From contig CAYJBU010000002.1 of NCBI GenBank assembly GCA_964368155.1, forward strand, positions 1-55,102: 55,102 nt of DNA, given 5' to 3'. The notes under the pieces are model-generated. The model had not been told where the DNA came from. It searched no databases and saw only the letters and a program-made list of their open reading frames with translations. This DNA comes from an uncultured Eubacteriales bacterium (GTDB taxonomy: Bacteria; Bacillota; Clostridia; Oscillospirales; Acutalibacteraceae). Positions 1 to 10,157 of this stretch are shown here, in pieces. Position 1 is the stretch's first letter, and every line of letters begins with the position of its first letter. The translations under genes and the position numbers were made by a program.

Positions 1-840
1 AAAAATATCAGGAATTGCCTGGCCTCCTAGATTTTCACCATATGAGGCTATAGTTAAATTGAATTCATCATCATGTAATATATATGTGGCAAGGTTCTCG
101 TTTTGTTTTAGTTGTTCAACAGTAGAAAATTCTGTTGAAATTACTGCTTTTTCTAGTTCTGAATCATATTCAGTTGATAACAAAACTTGATTATCGTTAT
201 ATATTGCAACGCTGTTTATAGAATCGGAAGATATTGCAGATAAATCCGAAACGAGACCACTCACGTCTGTTCCCGAATAAAAATAACCTAACACATTAAA
301 TGAGCTGTCTCTCATAGTTAGAACAGACATTAAATAGTATTTATCTTCATAGAAATTAACAAGAAATATTTCCTCTGCAGAACTATTACTTAATTTATCT
401 GAGATTTTTGAAAAGTCATCTGAATTTGCATATCTAAAGGTGTAGCTTGAGTACCACGGGAAAATCCCAACAAGGTAGTCATATTGAGGCATAAATAAAA
501 AAGTTGTATCAATGTTTTCGTCAATATCCAAAAACAGATTTTTATAATCTTGATACAAAATTGGGTCTTGTGTAAAGTGAGTTTCGGTAATTTTTAGTGA
601 GTTGGAATAAATTGTTTTTGATAAATTATTCTCTTCATGTTCGCTTAGAATGTCTGTCACCGAGTCTAAAACAAGGTTTAAAGAATAGATATTATTATCT
701 TCTATTTCTTCCATAAGAGAATTTGTAACCGAAAAATAATGGGAAAGAGTGATAACAAAGGCATATGTAATAATCAAAATAACCGAAATAAAAATCAATT
801 TTGTCTTAAAACGTGATGGTTTTTTATGAAAATTAAGCAT
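1..840 (-). CDS. Partial membrane-anchored sensor protein (C-terminus outside the window); probably the extracellular sensing part of a YesM-type histidine kinase
   Basis: Hand translation of the minus strand is open from the ATG at 840-838 (GGGAGG 8 nt upstream) to base 1, 280 codons: MLNFHKKPSRFKTKLIFISVILIITYAFVITLSHYF... It has one N-terminal TM helix followed by a soluble domain. It is divergent from a sugar ABC operon, as in YesM/YesN loci. It is absent from the ORF track because it is truncated. No kinase motifs are visible in the window. Confidence 0.5.
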   Translation of the reverse strand, partial: MLNFHKKPSRFKTKLIFISVILIITYAFVITLSHYFSVTNSLMEEIEDNNIYSLNLVLDSVTDILSEHEENNLSKTIYSNSLKITETHFTQDPILYQDYKNLFLDIDENIDTTFLFMPQYDYLVGIFPWYSSYTFRYANSDDFSKISDKLSNSSAEEIFLVNFYEDKYYLMSVLTMRDSSFNVLGYFYSGTDVSGLVSDLSAISSDSINSVAIYNDNQVLLSTEYDSELEKAVISTEFSTVEQLKQNENLATYILHDDEFNLTIASYGENLGGQAIPDIF

Positions 841-1040
841 CTTTTCTACCTCCCATTATGTGAAATTATGAAAAAGTAATCAGATATTTATTGTAACATA
901 GATATAATATATTGTCAAATTAATTGTTAATATTGTGATTAAATTATATTAATAGTTGACAAATTATTAAAAAATGGTAAGGATATTAAAAAATGACACA
1001 TAAAAAATTAATATATGAACGTAATATTAAGAATAATCAC

Positions 1041-1069
1041 TTGCGAATTTATACTTGTGCACATATAAT
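1041..1069 (+). promoter_or_regulatory. Sigma-A type promoter for the sugar ABC permease genes
   Basis: TTGCGA, a 17-nt spacer, then TATAAT, read directly about 65 nt upstream of the permease start. Confidence 0.55.
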
Positions 1070-1132
1070 AAAAACACAGCACACAGAGATGAAAAACAGA
1101 TAATAACAACGAAAGAATGGAGATGGGATTGA

Positions 1133-2104
1133 GTGAAGACAGCAAATCAAGTTTCTTCCATGACAGAAGACAACTCTTTACTACTTAAAAAATTAAAGCG
1201 AGAGCGACTTGTTAAGGACATCATAAATCAAAGATGGCTATATGTAATGGTTCTGCCTGCTTTTGTTTTGCTTGCACTTTTCAACTATGCCCCAATGTAT
1301 GGTGCGATTATAGCTTTTAAAGATTATAATCCACTTCATGGAATTTTGGGGAGTGAATGGGTCGGTTTTGAACACTTTGAAAAGGCTTTTAGAAATCCTT
1401 TGTTCATGAGGTCGTTTTATAACACATTAATAATAAGTGCGCTAAACATTGTTATCGGTTTTCCAATGCCGATTATCTTCGCCTTATTCTTAAATGAAAT
1501 TAAGGGAAACAAATTCAAACGCTCAATTCAAACTATTTCGTATTTACCTCACTTCTTATCATGGGTTATAATCGGTGCGTTTACTGTAAGCATACTTTCT
1601 CCTACACAAGGTTTACTTAAGTCAGTAATTGAAATATTCGGAGTGGAATTTGACACACTGATACTTGCTGACCCAGATTACTTTAGGTGGATTTTGGTTT
1701 TGACAAATGTCTGGAAAGGCGTGGGCTGGGGTTCCATAGTTTACTTAGCAACTCTAACCACCATAGACCAAGAATTATATGAGGCTGCATCAATAGATGG
1801 TGCAGGCAGATTTAAAAAAATGTGGCACATTTCAGTACCCGGACTTCTCCCTACAATCGTTACACTCTTTATTTTAAGAATGGGAAGTCTTTTGGACAGC
1901 AACTTTGAACAAATCTTTATACTGTATTCTCCGTCGGTATACTCTGTTGGTGATGTTATATCAACATATGTTTACAGAGAGGGTCTTCTCGGAGGAAATT
2001 ACAGTTACACCACTGCTATCGGACTGTTTAGGTCGGTTGTTGGTTTGGTATTGGTTGTTGGTACAAATAAAATCAGTAGAAAATTCGGGAGGGCAATGTG
2101 GTAA
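1133..2104 (+). CDS. Carbohydrate ABC transporter permease (LplB/MalF-like)
   Basis: 323-aa multi-TM ORF. The EAA loop LYEAASIDGAGRFKKMWHISVPGL is typical of binding-protein-dependent permeases. Confidence 0.9.
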   Translation: MKTANQVSSMTEDNSLLLKKLKRERLVKDIINQRWLYVMVLPAFVLLALFNYAPMYGAIIAFKDYNPLHGILGSEWVGFEHFEKAFRNPLFMRSFYNTLIISALNIVIGFPMPIIFALFLNEIKGNKFKRSIQTISYLPHFLSWVIIGAFTVSILSPTQGLLKSVIEIFGVEFDTLILADPDYFRWILVLTNVWKGVGWGSIVYLATLTTIDQELYEAASIDGAGRFKKMWHISVPGLLPTIVTLFILRMGSLLDSNFEQIFILYSPSVYSVGDVISTYVYREGLLGGNYSYTTAIGLFRSVVGLVLVVGTNKISRKFGRAMW

Positions 2105-3015
2105 TGGCTGAAGATACAAAAATAGTAAAAAAGAAATTAAAAGACAGATGGACCACATTTGACTATATTAATGCCATCGGAATGATTCTTTTTTCAATAA
2201 CAATTATTTACCCTTTTGTTAATACTTTTGCAAAATCAATAAGCACTGAGCATTTTATAACCTCAGGCCAAATATACTGGTTGCCAATGGGTGTAACCTT
2301 TGATTCATACGCCCATGTTATGCTAAGCTCAGCGTTCCTTTCAGCTTTTCAAAATACAGTGTTTATCACGATTGTGGGAACAGCGCTTTCTCTATCGGTG
2401 GTGTTTTTAGCAGGTTATGCTTATTCAAGAACTTTCAGAGGACACAGATTTTTCTTCTTCATAATGCTTGTCACAATGTTTATCAACGGCGGAATGATTC
2501 CTACATACCTTATTGTTGATGGGCTAGAACTTACAAACACCTTGTGGGCGATGATTATTCCTAATGCTTTTGGAATGTATAACATGATTTTGGCAAGAAA
2601 CTTTTTCTACACCTTGCCGGGAGAAGTTTTTGAAAGTGGAATTTTAGACGGCTGTTCGGAAATGCAACTCTTTTTGAAAATAGCAGTTCCTATGGCAAAA
2701 CCAATTATTGCAACCTTGGCACTTTTCCTATTGGTTAATCAATGGAACACTTTTATGTCGGCTATCATTTACATACGTGATGCGAGATTTAATCCACTTC
2801 AAGTTTATGTAAGAACTGTTGTTTTTGCGGCACAGTTGTCGCTAGACGCAGACGCACTCTCTCAGGCGAATGACGCATATCAAACCTCGGCACAAGGAAT
2901 AGAGGGCGTTAAAGCCACAGTACTTATTGTAACCATTCTCCCGATTATTTGTACCTACCCGTTCTTACAAAGATATTTTGTAAAAGGTATAAACATGGGA
3001 GCTGTAAAAGGTTAA
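2098..3015 (+). CDS. Carbohydrate ABC transporter permease (LplC/MalG-like)
   Basis: 305-aa multi-TM ORF with EAA-like loop ESGILDGCSEMQLFLKIAVPMAKP. It overlaps the upstream stop, so it is likely translationally coupled. The start may be GTG 2098 or ATG 2104. Confidence 0.9.
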   Translation: MVMAEDTKIVKKKLKDRWTTFDYINAIGMILFSITIIYPFVNTFAKSISTEHFITSGQIYWLPMGVTFDSYAHVMLSSAFLSAFQNTVFITIVGTALSLSVVFLAGYAYSRTFRGHRFFFFIMLVTMFINGGMIPTYLIVDGLELTNTLWAMIIPNAFGMYNMILARNFFYTLPGEVFESGILDGCSEMQLFLKIAVPMAKPIIATLALFLLVNQWNTFMSAIIYIRDARFNPLQVYVRTVVFAAQLSLDADALSQANDAYQTSAQGIEGVKATVLIVTILPIICTYPFLQRYFVKGINMGAVKG

Positions 3016-3226
3016 TAAAGGCAAATTCCACATAATTCAAAAGCATAAACTAAATTAATTTCTACACAATTGGGGCAAATCGGTTTATTCTTTAATATGA
3101 ACATCGCTTGACATAAACTCCAACATATTAGACAACCGTCCTTGTTTAACATGAAATTACATAAAGCAATTTGTATGAAGAAGAAGTGTGTTACGCCTTA
3201 GAAAATATCAGTTTTTGTTAATAAAA

Positions 3227-3255
3227 TTGATGTGATGGTATTAATGTGGTATAAT
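3227..3255 (+). promoter_or_regulatory. Strong sigma-A promoter (extended -10) for the solute-binding protein gene
   Basis: TTGATG, a 17-nt spacer, then TGgTATAAT, read directly about 58 nt upstream of the GTG start at 3313. Confidence 0.6.
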
Positions 3256-3312
3256 GCTAAAGTGAAACTAAGTGGCATTGTCATAAAATTAAAACAAGAA
3301 AGGAAGATTAAT

Positions 3313-4935
3313 GTGAAAAAACTCCTAACCCTAGCTTTGGCAGCATCGTTATTATTATCTGCTTGTGCTACAGCAGAAACAGAGCCATCCTCACAAGGTG
3401 GTGGAACAACTTCAACAGCAGGCACAACCAGCACAGGCGGCGATGCAGAAGATGACGAACCTGAAATGCGCACTATTACTATTCTAAACGGCATGATGGA
3501 GGATCATCCGCCCGATGTTTTGCCAAATGAAAGTTTTTATGCTGTAGATTTAAACAAAGCACTTGAAGAAATTAATGTTGAAATCGACTGGATACTAATT
3601 AACAGATTTACTTTGACAGAGCAAAAAAATATTCTTATCAACACAGGAGATTTCCCCGATGTTGTGCCTGTTACTCAAGCTGAAATGATAAACTGGGCAG
3701 ACGACGGCATACTCGTTCCTTTGACACAATATTGGGATGAGCACTATCCCGAAATTGATAAATATTTAGATGAGAAATCTTTGTTAAAAGGTCAATACAA
3801 CGGTGAACAATATGGTATTTTGTGGCCTAGTAACAATCTTGGAAGTCCAAATCAAATGTACATAAGAACTGACTGGATTGAAAATCTAGACATGGAAATG
3901 CCGACAAATCCAGAAGAATTATATGATGTATTGTATGCGTTTACATTTGGCGATCCAGACGGCAATGGCGTCGACGATACATTTGGTATAAGCGACCACG
4001 AAAGCTTTAGAGGAACATCTACAATTCAATCATACTGGGATGTATACTGGGATTATTGGTCAGAGGTAGACGGTGAGATTATTCCTGACTTTATCCGCCC
4101 TGAAATGAAAGAAGTTCTAACATATCTTAACAAACTTTACGCTGACGGTATATTCGACAAAGATACACTTGTTCAAGACATGACAATGCTAGAGCAAAAA
4201 TTTGAGTCAGGTGTTGTTGGAATGATGGGTTCTGCTTCTTGGACACAAAACTCAAGAACAATTCCAAATCTTCAAAAAGTTGTTGAAGGTTCAACCGTTG
4301 ACACATGGTTTGCTTTTAATGATGGAGAACAAACAGATACTATTATTAACACACCAGGTGGCGGAACAAGAGCTGTTACAGTTGAGTGCGAGCATCCTGA
4401 AGCAGTTTTAGATTTCTTTAACTTTATGATTTCTGAAAACGATTCAATGGCTCCTGTTCAAGCGTTTAATTATGATATAGTTGGAAGAGAAAGTATTTTT
4501 GAAGAAAACTATACAGTTCTTGGCGATAAATTTGTTACAGATTTAAGCCCAACAGTTCTTTCGGGTGAAGCAGCAGTTAATCGTTCAATTATGATTTCTT
4601 ACAATACTGTAGGAGGTTTCACAGGTTCTTTGGATGCTGATGGTGCAGTTGAATATGCTGAACTCAGAGTTGAAAACGGAACCGTTCCATCAGACTTGTT
4701 TATTAAAGACCTTGAAGCAGTTCTAGAGCATTATGAGTACAATGACTTGCAAATCAGTGGTCCTGTTTATGCAGAATATTGGACAGATATCAAAACATTC
4801 TGGGATGAAACTAAAGTTGGTATCATCAGTGGAACAATGGATATCAGTGCTTTTGACGATTTTGTAAATTACTTCTATGATAGTAACGGTCAAGCGATAA
4901 TTGATGAAATTACAGCAATGAACGCTGTTTCTTAA
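3313..4935 (+). CDS. Extracellular solute-binding lipoprotein of the sugar ABC transporter (large LplA/YtcQ-type SBP)
   Basis: The start is chosen at GTG 3313, which has an AGGAAG RBS. This gives VKKLLTLALAASLLLSAC, a signal peptide plus lipobox, followed by a Gly/Thr/Ser linker. The size and position match LplA-type SBPs. The 27 codons the track adds upstream lack an RBS. Confidence 0.88.
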   Translation: MKKLLTLALAASLLLSACATAETEPSSQGGGTTSTAGTTSTGGDAEDDEPEMRTITILNGMMEDHPPDVLPNESFYAVDLNKALEEINVEIDWILINRFTLTEQKNILINTGDFPDVVPVTQAEMINWADDGILVPLTQYWDEHYPEIDKYLDEKSLLKGQYNGEQYGILWPSNNLGSPNQMYIRTDWIENLDMEMPTNPEELYDVLYAFTFGDPDGNGVDDTFGISDHESFRGTSTIQSYWDVYWDYWSEVDGEIIPDFIRPEMKEVLTYLNKLYADGIFDKDTLVQDMTMLEQKFESGVVGMMGSASWTQNSRTIPNLQKVVEGSTVDTWFAFNDGEQTDTIINTPGGGTRAVTVECEHPEAVLDFFNFMISENDSMAPVQAFNYDIVGRESIFEENYTVLGDKFVTDLSPTVLSGEAAVNRSIMISYNTVGGFTGSLDADGAVEYAELRVENGTVPSDLFIKDLEAVLEHYEYNDLQISGPVYAEYWTDIKTFWDETKVGIISGTMDISAFDDFVNYFYDSNGQAIIDEITAMNAVS

Positions 4936-4943
4936 ATCAAAGC

Positions 4944-4972
4944 TAGACAAAATATATTATTAGTGTTATAAT
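4944..4972 (+). promoter_or_regulatory. Sigma-A promoter (extended -10) upstream of the GH-like gene
   Basis: TAGACA, a 17-nt spacer, then TGtTATAAT, read directly. Confidence 0.5.
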
Positions 4973-5103
4973 ATCATACATCAACAATAAAAGTAGGGAG
5001 TGGTCTTGACCATGGCGATTATAGGTAATTTCTTATCTATGCCAATTTAATCATGACTGCTCCTTGTTTGTTTATTCAAATATATAAAAAGGATAGTGAA
5101 AAC

Positions 5104-6612
5104 ATGTCTAAAGATTATTTTTCAAAGCAATACTCAAAAATTGATATTAACGTGAAATCCAATTTTACTGGCAATCCATTTGACAAAAACATTTGTTGCA
5201 GTATCAAAAAGCCTAACGGCACAGAGTTTACAATAAAAGCTTTTTACAACGGAGAAAACAACTACATTTCAAGAGTGTATACAGATGAAATAGGAATGTA
5301 TTCATATAATATAACAGAAGAAAATAAAACGTTAGAGAGTGGGGAAATAAACTGCGAGAAAAGTACGGAAAATTACCTTCATGGAAAATTGGTGAAATCT
5401 TCTGACAACAAAAAAGCAGTATATGCAGATGGAACTGCTTATAATATGCTTGGGTTTGAAGTTGACTGGCTTTTCCTTTTAGACGACGAAGAAAAAGACT
5501 TTCCCAAAGCTCGTGTGTTAATTGACACAATAAATAAATATAAATTCAACATGACTGTTGTAAGTCTTTATGCAAGGAATGTAACATGGGCGCAGGGAAT
5601 AGGAGGATATAACACGCAGTATGATTTTTCTGACCCAAAACAAGGTCCATTTTTGTTTAATGGTGATGAAACAGATTTTTCAATGCTCGATGTTGAGTTC
5701 TTTAAACGTGTCGATAAAATCATGGAACATATGTTAGAAAAAGAAATTGTGTGCCATTTAATGATATATGTTTGGAATAAATTTGTCACATGGCCAAAGT
5801 TGTTCTCGCAAGAGGATAATCGTTTTTACTCCTATGTTATCGACCGATATCAGGCTTATCCCAATTTAATTTGGGACGTTTCTAAAGAGGCTCTGTCATA
5901 TGGAACAGTCACATCTGATGATATTTATAACAAGTGTAAATATGTTAAAGAAAATGACGTGTATGGTACGCTGACAACTGTTCATGATTCAGGTTTTTGC
6001 TCAAAACACTCTGATGTGATTGACATTCATTCCACACAAAATTGGGAGTTTAGTTTGCAACAAGGAATGCTTGACATAATCAATCAAGGTAAGAATAACA
6101 TTATTTGTAATGTTGAGCATGGTGGTTATGAAAAAGGGATTTTTGATGGGTTTCATGGTGCGTACGATGACCCGATTGTGTGCTTGGAGAGAAATTATAT
6201 TTGTATGTTTTTAGGGCTGTACACTGTTTACTACTGGCAAAACACTTCGTGGAATATAGTGGTTTGGGACATGGAAAGTTTGTCGGAAAGAAATAGGCCA
6301 AAACTACATTACTATAAATATATGGCTGAATACATGGAGAGAATAAAGTTTGATAAGTTAAGAGTTTGTGAAGATTTCAAAATGAGAAAATTTGTGCTTG
6401 AAGATGATGAATTTTACTATATCATGAAACCAACGGGAATGAAATACATCACATTTTGGAAACTCAATGCGCCAATTGGCAGTGAAATTGAGTGGTTTAG
6501 ACCGCTTGAAAATGAATATGTAACAACAATACTAACTGAGTTTGATAGAACATATGGTGTTCCGTCGCCGTGGGACAATGAAATTGCGGTGGCTAAAATT
6601 AAAAAACCTTAA
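5104..6612 (+). CDS. Putative glycoside hydrolase-like protein (DUF5060-like N-terminal beta domain plus TIM-barrel-like DUF4038/GH5-like region); function unknown
   Basis: The start is set at ATG 5104, which has an AAGGA RBS. The N-terminal segment FTIKAFYNGENNYISRVYTDEIGMYSY recalls the DUF5060 signature (GFYDG...W.VRF.P...G.W.Y). It sits in a sugar-uptake locus. The family assignment is from memory, not from a search. Confidence 0.6.
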   Translation: MSKDYFSKQYSKIDINVKSNFTGNPFDKNICCSIKKPNGTEFTIKAFYNGENNYISRVYTDEIGMYSYNITEENKTLESGEINCEKSTENYLHGKLVKSSDNKKAVYADGTAYNMLGFEVDWLFLLDDEEKDFPKARVLIDTINKYKFNMTVVSLYARNVTWAQGIGGYNTQYDFSDPKQGPFLFNGDETDFSMLDVEFFKRVDKIMEHMLEKEIVCHLMIYVWNKFVTWPKLFSQEDNRFYSYVIDRYQAYPNLIWDVSKEALSYGTVTSDDIYNKCKYVKENDVYGTLTTVHDSGFCSKHSDVIDIHSTQNWEFSLQQGMLDIINQGKNNIICNVEHGGYEKGIFDGFHGAYDDPIVCLERNYICMFLGLYTVYYWQNTSWNIVVWDMESLSERNRPKLHYYKYMAEYMERIKFDKLRVCEDFKMRKFVLEDDEFYYIMKPTGMKYITFWKLNAPIGSEIEWFRPLENEYVTTILTEFDRTYGVPSPWDNEIAVAKIKKP

Positions 6613-6649
6613 AAATTTATAGTTGTCTTGTGTATAACTCAAAAAAGAA

Positions 6650-6691
6650 AAGGTGTGTAACGAAACTAATTCTTCGCTACACGCCTTTTTT
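6650..6691. terminator. Bidirectional intrinsic terminator between convergent genes
   Basis: AAAGGTGTGTAACGAA ... TTCGCTACACGCCTTT stem (with G-U pairs) followed by TTTTTT on the plus strand. The minus-strand side is also T-rich. Confidence 0.7.
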
Positions 6692-6695
6692 GATT

Positions 6696-8348
6696 TCAAC
6701 TAAGTCTATCGCTTTCTAAATTGAAGATGCAGTCTGCAATATTCATGCTGGACTTTCGGTGAGATACCATCACAATGGTTTTATCGGTATTTCCTTTTAG
6801 GGAATTCAGTATTACAGCCTCGTTCAGGCTGTCTAAATTGCTGGTTGGCTCGTCAAGCAAAATCAGCGGTGCAGTGTGTAAAAATGCCCTTGCAATGCCA
6901 AGTCTTTGCTTTTCACCTCCGGAAAGAGTGTCGCCCAATTCGCCAATTTGAGTTTGATATCCCTGTGGAAGTGTTTCAATAAATTCATGAACAGAAGCCT
7001 TTTTTGCGGCAGCCACAACTTGTTCCGAAGTTGCATCTAAGTTAGCGATTTTAAGATTGTTTTCAATGCTGTCGTTAAACATGTGTGTTTCTTGAGTAAC
7101 AAAACTCATGTTGTCCCTAAGGCTTTTTGTGTTGATTTTTTTAAGGTTTTCGCCCGAAATTAACACCTCGCCCTGTTGCACGTCCCAAAAACGCATAATC
7201 AGTTTTAGAATTGTAGATTTACCACTGCCCGATTTCCCCATAATTCCAAGGATTTGATTTTTTTTGATATCAAGAGAAAAATCTTCGAGTATTTTTTTGC
7301 TGTCATAGGTAAAAGAGACGTTTTTAAGTTCACATTTTTCAAAAGTGATATTAGCTGAGTTTTCAACTTCTTCTACAATAGGAGTGTCGTCCAAAATGTC
7401 TAACACTCTGTTACCGCTTGCGATTGTTTGTGTTAGTCCTGCGCCTAAATTTGCCGTTGCAGTGACTGCTCCAAAAGAAGAAAACAGCACCATTGTGGGG
7501 ATTATAACTGCATGGGTTTCGATTAAGTTTAAACTGAAAAGAGTAGCAGAGGTGAACAGCATTGCAGTGCAGAAAAACAGTATAATTAAGTTTGTCAATG
7601 CTGAAGTTTTCCCAATTTGCTTTTTGATTTTTTCGTTTGATTTCTCCATAGTTTCGGACAATTCACGGATTTTTTCTTTGCGTTTTTCAGCAAACCCAAA
7701 TTGAAGAATTTCCTTTGTTCCTCTTAAACTGTCAAGGAAGAAAGTGTTTAAATCGCCCACCCTTTTTCTGTGCAAATCTCCACTAAGCTTGCTTTTCTTC
7801 GACATAAATATTGGCAGGAAAACTCCCAAAGCAAGGTGGCTTATCAATGCAATTAATCCCAAAAGGATATTAAATGAGGAGATAAAAACGATGATGATAC
7901 ACGAGGTAATCAGTGCAATGCAAACAGGTGAAACAGTGTGAGCGTAGAACACTTCTAAAAGTTCAATGTCGGAGGTGATTATGGATACTAAATTCCCTCT
8001 GTCTGCAGAGTCAAGCTTTGCTGGGGCTAGTTTTCGCAAAGCTGTGAATACTTTATCTCGAATTAAAGCTAAGAGTTTAAAAGCAATGAAGTGATTGCAA
8101 TACTGCTCGATATAATGCAAAATTCCACGCAAAACGGCAATTGCACCGATGATAATAAAAAGAGTTCCAAGCGAATTTGTGTCTTGTTTCATTATGTCCA
8201 GAATTGCATAGCCACCCAAAACCGAGATGAAACTGGCGCAGAAAAAACCGAGACAACCCATAATTATAGCAATAGACATTACCCCTGCAAGTGGTCGCAC
8301 CAGCTTGAGGAGCCTTGACATTACATTAATAGTGCTTCTCTTAGTCAT
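6696..8348 (-). CDS. cydC: ABC exporter, fused permease/ATPase, CydC-like subunit
   Basis: 550 aa with an N-terminal 6-TM domain, Walker A GKSGSGKST, signature LSGGEKQRL and Walker B LILLDEPTS. It overlaps the upstream partner by 8 nt. Confidence 0.75.
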   Translation of the reverse strand: MTKRSTINVMSRLLKLVRPLAGVMSIAIIMGCLGFFCASFISVLGGYAILDIMKQDTNSLGTLFIIIGAIAVLRGILHYIEQYCNHFIAFKLLALIRDKVFTALRKLAPAKLDSADRGNLVSIITSDIELLEVFYAHTVSPVCIALITSCIIIVFISSFNILLGLIALISHLALGVFLPIFMSKKSKLSGDLHRKRVGDLNTFFLDSLRGTKEILQFGFAEKRKEKIRELSETMEKSNEKIKKQIGKTSALTNLIILFFCTAMLFTSATLFSLNLIETHAVIIPTMVLFSSFGAVTATANLGAGLTQTIASGNRVLDILDDTPIVEEVENSANITFEKCELKNVSFTYDSKKILEDFSLDIKKNQILGIMGKSGSGKSTILKLIMRFWDVQQGEVLISGENLKKINTKSLRDNMSFVTQETHMFNDSIENNLKIANLDATSEQVVAAAKKASVHEFIETLPQGYQTQIGELGDTLSGGEKQRLGIARAFLHTAPLILLDEPTSNLDSLNEAVILNSLKGNTDKTIVMVSHRKSSMNIADCIFNLESDRLS

Positions 8349-10074
8349 GGTCGCTCACCTCCTCGTGGTTTTCTAGTTTCTGCTGAGAACTCCAAATTTG
8401 TTCGTACTTTCCGTTTGTTAAAAGTAGGTCGTTGTGCCTGCCTTTTTCCACTAGATTTCCATTGTCTAAAACATAGATTAAATCAGAGTTCACCACATTG
8501 GCAAGCCTGTGAGAAATTAAGATTACAGTTTTGGTTTTTGCAAGCTTATGCATGATTTTAATAATATTATTTTCACTTTCAACATCAATATTACTTGTTG
8601 CCTCGTCAAAAATATATATGGAACTGTCGTGGAGTAGCGCACGTGCAAGTGCTAATCTTTGGCATTGCCCACCGGAAAGATTGCTACCTCTTTCTGCAAC
8701 AATTGTGTCTAGCCCGTCTTCTTCTTTGACGAAATCGGATAAGTTAACATCGTCTAAAACTTTCCAAAGTTTCTGCTCGTTTGCGCCTTTGTCTCCCATT
8801 AATAAATTATCACGAACAGTGCCTTTGAAAAGATAACTGTTTGCACTGATTAAGGTGACGTGCTCGAATAGGCTATGCTTGCTGATTTCACTCAGTTCGC
8901 TAGAGCCAATTGTCACGCTCCCGATGTAATCTATGTTTATTCCGCTTAAAATCCCAGCGATTGTTGATTTCCCACATCCGCTTTTGCCCACAATGGAAAT
9001 GAAACTATTTTGTGGAATGTCGATTGTGATATTGTGTAAAACCTCTTTTTCGCTGTCGTATGAATAAGAAAGCTTATTGAGAAGTATATGGGTAGTGTCA
9101 ATTTTTTTTGTCTTTTCAGAAGCTTCTTCAATGTCCAGCAATGAAAAAATTTTCTTTGCAGCAGACATTCCATTCATTGCAATGTGAAAAAAACTCCCAA
9201 GAATTCTAAGTGGTAAAAAGAAATCTGCGCACAGCATAATTATGGTAAAACAGCTAGAGAAAGAGATGTTTCCTGCAGAATATTCCAGTGCAGAAAAAAT
9301 AACGCCCAATGCAGCACCTCCGTATGCGATTATGTCCATGACAATTATGGAGTTGAGTTGCATAGAGAGAACTTTCATTGTGATAATTCTGAAACGCTCA
9401 GCCTGTTTGTTCATTTGTTTGTGCTTGAATTCGTCAGAGCTGTAAATTTTAAGGGTGTTGAGTCCTTGAAGATTTTCAAGGAAATTGTCTGCTAGTCCAA
9501 CGTATTCACCCCAATACTTAGCAAGCAATTTTTTTGCAAATTTTTGTATTGCTACTATAGAAATTGGGATTAAAGGCACGCAAATAAACAGAATGATTGC
9601 AATTTTAAAGCTGAGGGTAGAGACTACAGCAAACAAAATCAGTGGAGCTATCATCGCATAAAAAAACTGCGGAAGATAACTGCCAAAGTATGTTTCCAGT
9701 TGTTCAACTCCCTCTACCGAAATCTGCAATAATTCTGCTGTGGAAATTTTTCTGTTGTACTTATTTCCAAGCTTAATAACCTTGTCGTATATTTTTCCTC
9801 TTAATATTGTCTTTACCGATTTTGAGGCAAGATAACTTTGGGCACTTGCGAGATAAACGAAAGAAACCCTGATGGCAATGCAAATAAGCACAATTCCTAG
9901 ATAAGTTAAAAAGGACTGAGTGTTTATTTTGGAATAAAATAATTCACCCAGAAAAAAACCGATGCTAAACATCATGACAATGTTTGAGGCGAGCGAGGTA
10001 ATCTGCAAAATTACATTCCTCGTGACATGAGGCATAGCGTCGGGGACAGTTTTTATCAAACGTTTATCAATCAT
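8341..10074 (-). CDS. cydD: ABC exporter, fused permease/ATPase, CydD-like subunit
   Basis: The start is set at M11 (MIDKRLIK), which has an AAAGGA RBS. It has Walker A GKSGCGKST, signature LSGGQCQRL and Walker B IYIFDEATS. The gene pair looks like a heterodimeric exporter. The CydD assignment is from memory of the family N-termini. Confidence 0.72.
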   Translation of the reverse strand: MIDKRLIKTVPDAMPHVTRNVILQITSLASNIVMMFSIGFFLGELFYSKINTQSFLTYLGIVLICIAIRVSFVYLASAQSYLASKSVKTILRGKIYDKVIKLGNKYNRKISTAELLQISVEGVEQLETYFGSYLPQFFYAMIAPLILFAVVSTLSFKIAIILFICVPLIPISIVAIQKFAKKLLAKYWGEYVGLADNFLENLQGLNTLKIYSSDEFKHKQMNKQAERFRIITMKVLSMQLNSIIVMDIIAYGGAALGVIFSALEYSAGNISFSSCFTIIMLCADFFLPLRILGSFFHIAMNGMSAAKKIFSLLDIEEASEKTKKIDTTHILLNKLSYSYDSEKEVLHNITIDIPQNSFISIVGKSGCGKSTIAGILSGINIDYIGSVTIGSSELSEISKHSLFEHVTLISANSYLFKGTVRDNLLMGDKGANEQKLWKVLDDVNLSDFVKEEDGLDTIVAERGSNLSGGQCQRLALARALLHDSSIYIFDEATSNIDVESENNIIKIMHKLAKTKTVILISHRLANVVNSDLIYVLDNGNLVEKGRHNDLLLTNGKYEQIWSSQQKLENHEEVSDHD

Positions 10075-10157
10075 AAATATATCCTTTGCGCCCCTATTAC
10101 ACAAAAGTTATGGCAATAGGGGGAGTTCCGTGTTTTGCAAGTTATAGCAAGCAGATA

